DNA of 64,000 bases from Candidatus Altiarchaeota archaeon (GTDB lineage: Archaea; Altiarchaeota; Altiarchaeia; IMC4; SCGC-AAA252-I15). The notes beneath the pieces were generated by a model. The model was not told the DNA's origin, searched no databases, and worked only from the letters and a program-made list of their open reading frames with translations. The position numbers and the translations under genes were made by a program. How positions within the stretch are numbered: position 1 is the stretch's first letter; every line of letters starts with the position of its first letter. The stretch covers positions 96,001 to 160,000 of the forward strand of contig JAZDNF010000013.1 in assembly GCA_043800255.1 (NCBI GenBank), written 5' to 3'. Of the stretch, positions 1 through 8,571 are shown in pieces.

Positions 1-455
1 CCTATCAGGACGGCGCCGGAGACTGCCCGTATCAGGAAGTTCAACGCTATCATGTGAACGTCCACGAACGCGATGTCCTTCAGTTTGAGAGTGTACGCCA
101 TACTCGACAGGAACAATGCTATCGGGAACAGCGCGAACACTGTGGAGAGGGAGTATGCGAGCGCCAGTGAGGCGGCCACCAGCGTCAGCGATATCACCAC
201 CGCAGACCCTACACCCACCTCCCCTGACGCTATCGGCCTCTTCCTCTTCTCAGGGTGGTTTCTGTCCTCCTGCCTGTCTCTGATGTCGTTCAGTATGTAG
301 TATGAGGAGGATACCATGCAGAGGCTTATGAACCCGTAGACTGTCTTCAGCAGCAGCGGAGTGTTCAGCATGTTGTTGGTGAAGAACAACGCCAAAAATA
401 TGACGAGATTCTTATACCACTGTTGGACTCTCAGCAGCTTCAGGTACTGGTTCAT
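1..455 (-). CDS. UbiA-family prenyltransferase, decaprenyl-phosphate phosphoribosyltransferase-like (3' end runs off window)
   Basis: Not in the ORF track. Manual translation from ATG 455 gives MNQYLKLLRVQQWYKNLVIF...YILNDIRDRQEDRNHPEKRKRPIASG, with the RxxQWxKN and NDxxD...HPxKxxRPIASG motifs. Confidence 0.85.
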   Translation of the reverse strand, partial: MNQYLKLLRVQQWYKNLVIFLALFFTNNMLNTPLLLKTVYGFISLCMVSSSYYILNDIRDRQEDRNHPEKRKRPIASGEVGVGSAVVISLTLVAASLALAYSLSTVFALFPIALFLSSMAYTLKLKDIAFVDVHMIALNFLIRAVSGAVLI

Positions 456-456
456 C

Positions 457-999
457 TTACACTTTCGCGTAGGGTTTCAGCCTGTCCCACATGTTTCCGC
501 TGCAGTCCGGCTGAGTCACTTCCGTGAGGATGTCTTTTGGTATGTCTTCAGGCAGCAGCTTGCAGGTCATCGTCAGGTCCTTCCAATAGGGTTCAGCGAG
601 GTCTGTGATTCCAGTATTATTGTAGGTTATGACGCACCTGTCCCCGTCTTTCCCGGTTATCTCTCTCGCCTGCGTCACCTTGGGAGTGTATGCTATGACT
701 TTGGCCTTGGAACATTCTCTGGCAGCCTGGTTGAAGCAGTTCATATCAGCCCCACAGTCTGTGACGCCTACAACCTTCTCGATGACGTTGACTACCGGCT
801 TCAGGACTGTTGGAATCTCAACTGTCGTCGGCGTCGCAGTCGGCTGGGTGGCCTGGGTTCCTGTCTTGGATGGTTGTGTCTCGACCTTCTGGGGCCTAGT
901 CGCAAGATAGTAGTACACTCCCAGAAGCGATAGTAGTATTACAATCAGTATGACTGCTACGCCGACTACCATCAATGCCTTCCCAGTTTCCTTGTCCAT
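457..999 (-). CDS. Membrane-anchored surface protein with Thr/Pro-rich stalk and Cys-rich domain
   Basis: N-terminal TM helix, TQPSKTGTQATQPTATPTT linker, DCGADMNCF...EC and further Cys residues. Confidence 0.7.
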   Translation of the reverse strand: MDKETGKALMVVGVAVILIVILLSLLGVYYYLATRPQKVETQPSKTGTQATQPTATPTTVEIPTVLKPVVNVIEKVVGVTDCGADMNCFNQAARECSKAKVIAYTPKVTQAREITGKDGDRCVITYNNTGITDLAEPYWKDLTMTCKLLPEDIPKDILTEVTQPDCSGNMWDRLKPYAKV

Positions 1000-1006
1000 C
1001 TCATAT

Positions 1007-1870
1007 CTATTCGTTTATGCTTTTAAATCCCTTGTTTTTTATCCTGCTGAGGCCCTCGTCTACGCCCAGCGGCCTGATGCCCTTCGCCCTTATTTTGCCA
1101 GTGTCGAGTGATGTGTCCTTCGGCCTTTTCGCAGCCTGCCTGAGCTCTTCGGTCTTTATGGGCGTTAACAGCGTCTCGTCCAACTCGAAAGTTCTTGCGA
1201 TCTTCACCGCGAAGTCGTACCTGCTTATCCTCTCGGCTCCGGATGTGTGAAAAATGCCATGCTCATCTCTTAAAGCAATCAGCATCTCAGCCAGGTTGTC
1301 CACCAGCGTCGGAGTGTTATAGTGGTCGTCTACGACAGTTATAGTCTTCCCAGCCTCCAGGCTTTCGAGAACCCAACCTAGGAACTTTTTTTTCTGGCCT
1401 CCTCCGTAGATGACGCTCGGCCGCGCTATTATGTACACTAACCCAGACTCCTTGACCAGTTTCTCAGCCTCTAATTTAGTCTTGCCATAGTAGTTCACAG
1501 GGTTAGGCCTGTCATCCTCCTTGTACATTCCCTTTTTTCCATCGAAGACGAAGTCTGTCGAGATATGGATAACCTTCGCTCCTGCTCTCCCAGCCCCTTC
1601 GAGCACGTTCCTAGTCCCAGTGACGTTCACATCCCAGGCCTGCTTCGGGTTCAGCTCGCAGTAGTCCACGTCCGAGATTGCCGCAGTGTGGAATATTATT
1701 TCCGGCTTCTCCCCCACTATTATCTCTTTCATCCTGCCTGTGGACACGTCAGCCTGGAGGCCGTTAGCCCCGGATTTCGAAACTCCGACGCAATTGTAAT
1801 ATTCCTCAAGCGATTCCAACAGCTTCCCGCCCAACAGCCCGCCGGAGCCTGTCACAATAGCCTTCTCCAT
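1007..1870 (-). CDS. rmlD: dTDP-4-dehydrorhamnose reductase
   Basis: TGSGGLLG, HISTDFVFDG, PNPVNYYGKTK motifs. Confidence 0.9.
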   Translation of the reverse strand: MEKAIVTGSGGLLGGKLLESLEEYYNCVGVSKSGANGLQADVSTGRMKEIIVGEKPEIIFHTAAISDVDYCELNPKQAWDVNVTGTRNVLEGAGRAGAKVIHISTDFVFDGKKGMYKEDDRPNPVNYYGKTKLEAEKLVKESGLVYIIARPSVIYGGGQKKKFLGWVLESLEAGKTITVVDDHYNTPTLVDNLAEMLIALRDEHGIFHTSGAERISRYDFAVKIARTFELDETLLTPIKTEELRQAAKRPKDTSLDTGKIRAKGIRPLGVDEGLSRIKNKGFKSINE

Positions 1871-1901
1871 GTATTAAAATCAGCCTGAAAAAGTATATAC
1901 G
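1871..1901. promoter_or_regulatory. Compact divergent archaeal-type promoter region between rmlD and rmlC
   Basis: Only 31 bp between head-to-head ATGs. TATTAAAA (+) and TATATAC (-) each lie about 25 bp upstream of one start codon. Confidence 0.45.
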
Positions 1902-2351
1902 ATGATAGAGGGCGTCGGGGTGAAAAAGCTCAACCCTGTCAGGGATGATAGGGGTTGGGTTACTGAGATCCTCCGGGCTGATGATGAGCTTTTCGAGAGG
2001 TTCGGACAGGTTTATCTCACAGTAGCTTATTCTGGAGTCGTCAAAGCCTGGCACATGCACAAGAAACAGACAGACTATTTCGCCCTGATGAGCGGGAAGG
2101 CGTTGATCGCACTCTATGACGGCAGAGATGGCAGCTCTACGAGGGGGGAGCTGATGGACTATGTTGTCGATGAAAAAGCTCCGATTCTTATAAAAATCCC
2201 GCCTGGAGTCTACCACGGCTACAAGGCTTTGGGAGATAATCCGGCGTACATCATCAACACGCCAACACGCACTTACAACCGCGAGGAGCCTGACGAGCAC
2301 CGCCTCCCCCACGATTCTGAAATCATCGGATACGATTGGAGCAGAAGATGA
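1902..2351 (+). CDS. rmlC: dTDP-4-dehydrorhamnose 3,5-epimerase family (cupin)
   Basis: DDRGWVTE, VKAWHMH, IPPGVYHG motifs. Confidence 0.85.
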   Translation: MIEGVGVKKLNPVRDDRGWVTEILRADDELFERFGQVYLTVAYSGVVKAWHMHKKQTDYFALMSGKALIALYDGRDGSSTRGELMDYVVDEKAPILIKIPPGVYHGYKALGDNPAYIINTPTRTYNREEPDEHRLPHDSEIIGYDWSRR

Positions 2352-3301
2352 GGTTGCTGGTCACTGGCGGCGCGGGTTTCATCGGGAGCAATTTTGTAAG
2401 ACAATATCTAAGCGGGCATTCAGAGGATGAAATCATCAACCTAGACCTGCTCACCTATGCCGGCAACCTTAACAATCTGAAGGCGGTGGGAGACAATCCT
2501 AAGTATTCCTTTGTCAGGGGCGACGTCTGCGATGCTAAGTTGGTCCGTAAACTGCTCAGGGACTGCGATGTCATCGTGAATTTCGCAGCCGAGACCCATG
2601 TTGACCGCTCTTTTACAGATTATATGCCGTTCGTGAGGACGAACGTGCTCGGCACTAGAACCCTCCTGGAGGCTGCTTTGGACTCTGGTGTTGAGAGGTT
2701 CGTTCAGGTCTCCTCTGATGAGGTCTACGGGAGCATCATCGGGGGCTCTTTCAACGAGTCCAGCCCTCTCAATCCTACGAACCCCTACTCCCTAACCAAG
2801 GCTGCCGCAGACCTGCTGGCGCTGTCATACCATAGGGAGCAGGGCCTTCCTGTTCTCGTATCCAGGAGTTCGAACAACTATGGGCCCTTTCAGAATCCTG
2901 AGAAGCTGATCCCAAGGTTCATCACCAATCTCTTGGAGGATAAAAAAGTTCCGCTGTATGGGGACGGACTGCACGTCAGGGAATGGATTCACGCGTCAGA
3001 CAACTGCGATGCAATAGAAACTTTAATCAGAAAAGGCTCTGCCGGAGTCTACAATGTCGGCAGCGGCTGTGAGCGAACCAACCTGGAAGTAACGCACACG
3101 CTGTTAAACTTATTAAAGATGGGGGAGGAATACATAACCTACGTGGCTGACAGGCCATTCCACGACAGGAGATACTCGCTGGACTCACATAAGATGAGAA
3201 CTTTAGGCTGGTCTCCTAGGCTGGACTTCGACTCATGTCTGAAGTCCACCATAGACTGGTACAAGAGCAACAGATGGTGGTGGGAGCCTCTGAAAAGATG
3301 A
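2348..3301 (+). CDS. rmlB: dTDP-glucose 4,6-dehydratase
   Basis: TGGAGFIGSNF, LTYAGN, AAETHVDRS, SSDEVYG, YSLTK. ATGA overlap with rmlC supports the start at 2348. Confidence 0.93.
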   Translation: MRLLVTGGAGFIGSNFVRQYLSGHSEDEIINLDLLTYAGNLNNLKAVGDNPKYSFVRGDVCDAKLVRKLLRDCDVIVNFAAETHVDRSFTDYMPFVRTNVLGTRTLLEAALDSGVERFVQVSSDEVYGSIIGGSFNESSPLNPTNPYSLTKAAADLLALSYHREQGLPVLVSRSSNNYGPFQNPEKLIPRFITNLLEDKKVPLYGDGLHVREWIHASDNCDAIETLIRKGSAGVYNVGSGCERTNLEVTHTLLNLLKMGEEYITYVADRPFHDRRYSLDSHKMRTLGWSPRLDFDSCLKSTIDWYKSNRWWWEPLKR

Positions 3302-3414
3302 AAGACGTCTACATTCACCCGACTGCTGAGGTTCTTCTGACTCCGATCCATCCTGCGCTTAATAAGAAGGACTTGAATTTTATTGTTGATATGGTGGGTG
3401 AAATCTGTGGGTAA
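3298..3414 (+). pseudogene. 38-codon chimeric scar: N-terminus of a WbpD-like hexapeptide acetyltransferase fused to the C-terminus of a DegT/WbpE-like aminotransferase
   Basis: Manual translation MKDVYIHPTAEV|LLTPIHPALNKKDLNFIVDMVGEICG*. It overlaps both the rmlB stop and the next start. Confidence 0.65.
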
Positions 3415-4408
3415 GTTGAATGCTGCTGTCATCGGCGTCGGCTCGATGGGGAAGAACCATGCTAGGATTTATTTCGAGTCTGACGAGGTCAACCTCGTTG
3501 CCGTTGCGGACTCTGACAGGAAGCAGGCCGCATCGGTGGGGGAAAAGTACGGGTGCAACTTCTATGAGGATTATAAACAGATGCTGCCTTCTGAGAAAAT
3601 CGACCTACTTTCTGTCGTGGTTCCAACACAGTATCACAAGAGGGTTGCATTCGACTGCCTTGATTCCGGAATCGACATTCTCATTGAAAAGCCTATCGCC
3701 CACACCATCAAAGATGCTGAAGCTATCATAGGGAAGGCCAAGAAAACCGGCCGTAAGGTGATGGTCGGCCATATCGAGCGTTTCAATCCTGCGGTGTGGG
3801 AGCTGAAGAAGAGGCTTGACAGGAAAGAGTTGGGGCGGATTTTCAAGATTTCGACTCAACGGGTGGGTCCTTTTCCGGCTAGAATCCGTGATGTGGGCGT
3901 CGTCATCGACCTCGCAACCCACGACATCGACATCATCAGGTATTTGACTGGTTCCGAGGTCATGCGCCTTTACGCTGAAGCTGAGCGTAAAATCCACACC
4001 AAGCATGAGGATCTCTTAGATGGGGTTCTCAAGTTCAGGAACAACGTTATCGGAATATTGAGTGTCAACTGGCTGACTCCTGAGAAGATCCGTGAGATCT
4101 CCATCGTAGGAGAGAAGGGCATGTTCACCGCCAAGTACTTGACGCAGGAGTTGTTGTTCTACGAGAACGTTGACGCTGTCAGAAGAGGCTATGAGTATTC
4201 TGACATCCTGATGGGGGTCTCAGAGGGAGATATCACGAGCATCAGAATCAACAAGCAGGAGCCGTTGCGAGTGGAACTGAACTATTTCATCGACTCCGTC
4301 AGAAAGGACAAACCTGTTCCCATAACCCCGGAGGACGGTCTCGAATCCCTGAGAATCGCGACAAAGCTGATAGAATCCTCAAAAAAGAACAAAGTCATCA
4401 GATTATAG
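3407..4408 (+). CDS. Gfo/Idh/MocA oxidoreductase, WbpB-like UDP-GlcNAcA 3-dehydrogenase
   Basis: IGVGSMGKNH, EKP, GHIERFNP, DLATHDID motifs. GTG start at 3407 inferred. Confidence 0.8.
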   Translation: MGKLNAAVIGVGSMGKNHARIYFESDEVNLVAVADSDRKQAASVGEKYGCNFYEDYKQMLPSEKIDLLSVVVPTQYHKRVAFDCLDSGIDILIEKPIAHTIKDAEAIIGKAKKTGRKVMVGHIERFNPAVWELKKRLDRKELGRIFKISTQRVGPFPARIRDVGVVIDLATHDIDIIRYLTGSEVMRLYAEAERKIHTKHEDLLDGVLKFRNNVIGILSVNWLTPEKIREISIVGEKGMFTAKYLTQELLFYENVDAVRRGYEYSDILMGVSEGDITSIRINKQEPLRVELNYFIDSVRKDKPVPITPEDGLESLRIATKLIESSKKNKVIRL

Positions 4409-4485
4409 TACATCAGAGGCATTAGGGAGGGGACATTGTCGCCTGAAATTTAAGTGGGTGTGAATGTGAAGTTTTCCAGGATTTT

Positions 4486-4719
4486 TCAGCTACTCGCTAG
4501 TGTTCGCTTATCGAAGAGCACATACTCAACTGAAGCATTTGTTTTGGGTATGGGTATTTTATCTTCTACCATCCCCTTTATGTGCGACTCTAGGGCTTCG
4601 TACATGTTTTTTTCAGCCTGTTTTTTGGTTGAACCTGTGGCCACACATCCTTCCAGACCTGGGGAGTAGGCTGAGTATCCGTTTTCTGTTTTCTCGTAGA
4701 CTATCAGAAACTTATACAT
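4486..4719 (-). CDS. hicB: HicB-family antitoxin
   Basis: YSAYSPGLEGCVATGST..EALESHI...IP pattern. Confidence 0.85.
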   Translation of the reverse strand: MYKFLIVYEKTENGYSAYSPGLEGCVATGSTKKQAEKNMYEALESHIKGMVEDKIPIPKTNASVEYVLFDKRTLASS

Positions 4720-4918
4720 TAACTGTCACCTCGTTTTTTCAACTGTGCTTGTTTTAGTATGCTATTTAAGGTTCCAGTGGCAAGATGGTGGCTCGGATGT
4801 CCAGCGATGGTCACACGACCCTTCTCACGTGGTGTTTAAATTGCATGTGGCTTCCTTTGGTTTCCAGAAGGTACCATCCATCTGACTTTAAAAGCCGGAT
4901 AACATCTCTTACCTTCAC
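4719..4918 (-). pseudogene. hicA: HicA-family toxin, frameshifted
   Basis: GTG 4918 gives MKVRDVIRLLKSDGWYLLETKGSHMQFKH. One nt is missing near 4825; the shifted frame continues KGRVTIAGHPSHHLATGTLNSILKQAQLK to a TAA overlapping the hicB ATG. The span is 200 nt. Confidence 0.8.
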
Positions 4919-5078
4919 ATAAGATAAGGGCTTTCATTTGATAAAAATGGGTATAAGAGGGGAAATCCCTTTAGCTGAAAAGATGATCAAAAAGCGAGAG
5001 GTTCGCCTATTATTTCAAGTGAGGTATATTGTTCCACATGTAACAGATATGTTCCAACGTATGAAAGCATAAAAACTC

Positions 5079-5177
5079 ATGAGGAACAGGATTATAGTAG
5101 ACGGCAGGAGCCTCTTCGACCAGGGGGCTGGGGTAAAGGCGGGGTTCAGTTATCGGAGGATTGGCAGGGGAGAGTAG
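5079..5177 (+). pseudogene. C-terminal remnant of a UDP-glucose/GDP-mannose dehydrogenase family gene (WbpA/WecC-like)
   Basis: Manual translation MRNRIIVDGRSLFDQGAGVKAGFSYRRIGRGE* matches the IVDGRN.F.....GF.Y..IGR tail of the family. Confidence 0.6.
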
Positions 5178-5208
5178 TTTATTATATTCTGTTCTTATTT
5201 TTATCGGT

Positions 5209-6177
5209 ATGGACGAGATTTATAGTCTGGTGGCAGTATTCGTGGTAGCTTTTGTTGCCACCTTTGGTTTGACGCGGAAGTTCATTCTCAGGTTTCATGC
5301 TGGCGGTTATGTGGTTAGTGACATGTATAAGCCTGATAAGCATGATGTTCCTACGATGGGGGGTATCGCGATTTTGGGGGGTGTTATGGTAAGTTTGATT
5401 GTCGCGCAGCTTCTTATCGAGTCGCATGAGTTTGTGGAGAAGCTGCTCATCTTCTATTTTATTGTGTTCATTTATGGCGTTTTCGGTTTGTTGGATGATC
5501 TTATCAAGATTAAGAGTCGTTGGAAGAGGGTCTATATTCCGTTGTTTCTTGCCCTGCCCATCGCCTTGTTGAATACTGGCGAGTATATTACTTTCTCACC
5601 ATTGGATTTTCAGCTGTATGTCGGTTGGCTTAAGCCGTATGTTATCGCCCCCCTTTATGTGATGGTTGTTGCGAACATGGTTAACATGCATGCGGGCTTT
5701 AACGGCTTGTCTGGGGGTCTTAGTTGGATTCTGATGTTCTTTGTCGGCTTGAAGGTCGTGTTGGATGGGAATGTTTCTCAGCTTAATTATCTTATGCCTA
5801 TTTTCGGCTCTCTTCTCGCGTTCATGTGGTATAACAAGTATCCTAGCAGGATTTTTTTGGGGAATTCTGGCACGATGATAACGGGCGTCGCTGTCGGCGG
5901 ATTGTTGGTTCTGTACAACATGGAAATCTTCGGACTTGTGATACTCTTGCCTCACATCTTCAACTTCCTCCTCTGGATTTACTGGCTCATGAACATGCAC
6001 GTCCACCCGCATGTGAAATTCGCCAGACTCCGCGAAGACGGCACAATAGAACCACCAAACAAACTCACGCTAAAGTACATAGTAACCCACTACTTCAGAG
6101 TAGGCGAACTCAGAGCAATACTAATACTGTACGGGATAACGACCGTGTTTGGAATCATTGGATTATTGTCAATGTGA
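5209..6177 (+). CDS. MraY/GPT family polyprenyl-phosphate GlcNAc-1-phosphate transferase (AglH-like)
   Basis: DMYK, PTMGG, GLLDD, NMVNMHAGFNGL, NKYPSRIFLGNSG motifs; multi-TM. ATG 5209 preferred as start. Confidence 0.85.
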   Translation: MDEIYSLVAVFVVAFVATFGLTRKFILRFHAGGYVVSDMYKPDKHDVPTMGGIAILGGVMVSLIVAQLLIESHEFVEKLLIFYFIVFIYGVFGLLDDLIKIKSRWKRVYIPLFLALPIALLNTGEYITFSPLDFQLYVGWLKPYVIAPLYVMVVANMVNMHAGFNGLSGGLSWILMFFVGLKVVLDGNVSQLNYLMPIFGSLLAFMWYNKYPSRIFLGNSGTMITGVAVGGLLVLYNMEIFGLVILLPHIFNFLLWIYWLMNMHVHPHVKFARLREDGTIEPPNKLTLKYIVTHYFRVGELRAILILYGITTVFGIIGLLSM

Positions 6178-6190
6178 ATTTATCGTTGAG

Positions 6191-7603
6191 ATGAGAATAG
6201 TTTTGATTAACCCCCCATTCACGGGGATTTATGGCAGATATAAATCAGCAGCTAGGTTAGCAGCAGTATATCCCCCGTTAGGATTGACTTATCTTGCTTC
6301 TACAGTGAGAGACCATGATGTTAGGATATTGGATATGGAAACAGAACGTATGGAGATTCCAGATGTTCTTGAAAAAATAAAAAAATTTAAACCTGATGTT
6401 GTAGGGGTAACTTCGACAACACCCGTTTACCAAAATGTAGTGGAGATACTCAAGAGAATAAAACAGTATGATGGGAGTATCATCACGCTTTGTGGGGGGT
6501 CACATATAACATCCCTACCAGATGAGACTCTAAATCTGTGTGAGGATATAGATATTGGAGTTATCGGAGAGGGGGAGATAACGTTTAGAGAGATTATAGA
6601 TTGCGTGGAGAGCGGGGAGGATTATTCTAATGTTGAGGGCACCAGTATTAGAAGCGGGAACATAGTTAGATTAAATAAGAATAGAAAGCTTATAGAGAAT
6701 TTGGATGGGATAAGATTCCCAAGTAGGGATCTGTTGGATTATAAAAAATATTTGTGGAGTGTGCCCCACAAGGGTTTTGTGCCAATAACAACGATTATGA
6801 CGTCTAGGGGCTGCCCATTCAAATGCATCTTCTGTTCTCAGAGGGTTATTTTTGGTGAAACGGTTAGATACCGGTCAGTTGATAATGTGATTAAAGAATT
6901 GAAGTTAGCTGTAGAGGAACAGAATATAAAGCATTTTATCTTCCTTGATGATACACTGGGACTGAATAAGAAACTCACTTATGAACTATGTGATAGAATA
7001 ATCAAGGAAGGACTCGATATAACTTGGGAGGGGACAACAAGAGCGGATGTTGCTACTAAAGAATTGCTTAAAAAGATGAGTGACGCGGGACTGAACAGGA
7101 TTTCATTTGGGGTTGAAAGTGGAAATCAACACATTCTAGATGCTGCAAAAAAAGGTACAAGATTAGAACAGATTAGGATGGCTTATGAGAATGCAACTAC
7201 TGTTGGTTTAGAAACGCGAATGTCAATAGTTCTTGGTTTGCCTTTTGAAACAAAGGAGACCATTGAGAGGACAATTAAGTTCATGAAATCGTTAAAATGT
7301 CAGCAGGCGTATGTTAATGTTGGAACACCCTTCCCAAAAACAGAGTATTGCTACATGGCTAAAAATGGATATGGCGGACTTAGATTATTGACTGATGACT
7401 GGAGTGAATATCGCAGATGGGGAAACGCTGTGATAGACGTAAATGACCTTTCTAAGGAGGATTTGATTAAATTTCAAAAAAAAGCTATGATCGAGTTTTA
7501 TCTTCAGCCAAGACGGATTCTCTACAATCTAAAACGTGCTGGAATCAAAGCAGCTATTAAGAATTCTATCAAGTTCGTAGAAAGCTTTTTTATATCCTCG
7601 TAG
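6191..7603 (+). CDS. B12-binding domain radical SAM protein
   Basis: LINPP..PPLGL, GGSH, GEGE, SRGCPFKCIFC, GVESG. Confidence 0.9.
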   Translation: MRIVLINPPFTGIYGRYKSAARLAAVYPPLGLTYLASTVRDHDVRILDMETERMEIPDVLEKIKKFKPDVVGVTSTTPVYQNVVEILKRIKQYDGSIITLCGGSHITSLPDETLNLCEDIDIGVIGEGEITFREIIDCVESGEDYSNVEGTSIRSGNIVRLNKNRKLIENLDGIRFPSRDLLDYKKYLWSVPHKGFVPITTIMTSRGCPFKCIFCSQRVIFGETVRYRSVDNVIKELKLAVEEQNIKHFIFLDDTLGLNKKLTYELCDRIIKEGLDITWEGTTRADVATKELLKKMSDAGLNRISFGVESGNQHILDAAKKGTRLEQIRMAYENATTVGLETRMSIVLGLPFETKETIERTIKFMKSLKCQQAYVNVGTPFPKTEYCYMAKNGYGGLRLLTDDWSEYRRWGNAVIDVNDLSKEDLIKFQKKAMIEFYLQPRRILYNLKRAGIKAAIKNSIKFVESFFISS

Positions 7604-7608
7604 AGTGA

Positions 7609-8571
7609 CTATGTTTTCCGATTCTTTCTAGTTTCATAAAGAATCTCATCCAGCATCCTCCTGTGCCTGTCTAGCATGTCAACTATGAAACTGAGGATTA
7701 GGAATACGAATCCAAGTACCATCGACAATCCAGCTAAAGTGACCAGTGACCTGTAGGGGTGTACAAGACCGGTAAAAATCCACCGAATGAAAAGTAGGGC
7801 ATTAATGAATGAACCTAAGAAGAGGAATGCCAGGCCTATTGATCCAAAGAATAGTATCGGACTATAATCTCGTGCAGTTTGGATCAATATGGTTGATGCC
7901 TTTAGACCATATAGTAGAACATTATCCGCTATTTTTGATTTGCCGAATTTTCTCGCACTAACAGTACAGGGGATTTCGATAATCTTGAATCCTTTTTTAG
8001 CCAGGGTTATTATTACCTCCTGAGTATACGTGTGAGTCCCAAAAGAGTTTATGTTAAGAGCCGCTTCACGTGAATATACCCTAAAGCCGCACTGAGCATC
8101 GAAGAACTTTTGATGAGTTAGATAGTTTACTAGGTGTGTGAAAAGTTTATTCCCAATTTTCTTAGTTAACGGCATTTTTGGCTCTAACTCCTTATCCAAA
8201 AATCGTGAGCCTAGGACCACATCAGCATCACTATACAACAGATTTTTCAATAGAATCGGTATCTCTGTGGGATTAAATTGCCCATCTGCATCTAATGTGA
8301 CTATGAAATCTGCGCCCATCGAAAGAGCCTTTTGTATCCCATCTGAGAAGGAGTTTCCAAGGCCCATGTTTCTGGAATGCTGTATGATAACATCAGCACC
8401 AGCCTCCTGAGACACTTTTTGAGTATTATCTGTTGAACCATCATCCACCACTAGGACTTCTATCTCGGATATCCCTTCTATTTTTCGTGGGATTTCTTTG
8501 ATTACATTACCAATAGTTTGTTCTTCGTTGAATGCAGGTATAACAACTACTAGTTTTGTTTTAGTATACAT
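7609..8571 (-). CDS. GT2 glycosyltransferase (polyprenol-phosphate glycosyltransferase-like) with C-terminal TM helices
   Basis: IPAFNEE, VDDGSTD, DADGQ, DAQCGFR. Confidence 0.88.
   Translation of the reverse strand: MYTKTKLVVVIPAFNEEQTIGNVIKEIPRKIEGISEIEVLVVDDGSTDNTQKVSQEAGADVIIQHSRNMGLGNSFSDGIQKALSMGADFIVTLDADGQFNPTEIPILLKNLLYSDADVVLGSRFLDKELEPKMPLTKKIGNKLFTHLVNYLTHQKFFDAQCGFRVYSREAALNINSFGTHTYTQEVIITLAKKGFKIIEIPCTVSARKFGKSKIADNVLLYGLKASTILIQTARDYSPILFFGSIGLAFLFLGSFINALLFIRWIFTGLVHPYRSLVTLAGLSMVLGFVFLILSFIVDMLDRHRRMLDEILYETRKNRKT

Noticed and set aside
73-933. + strand ORFs 73..300, 361..933, 629..910 and the many other short ORFs antisense to or nested in longer genes
   Set aside because: They are shadows of motif-supported genes on the other strand or frame and have no recognisable motifs
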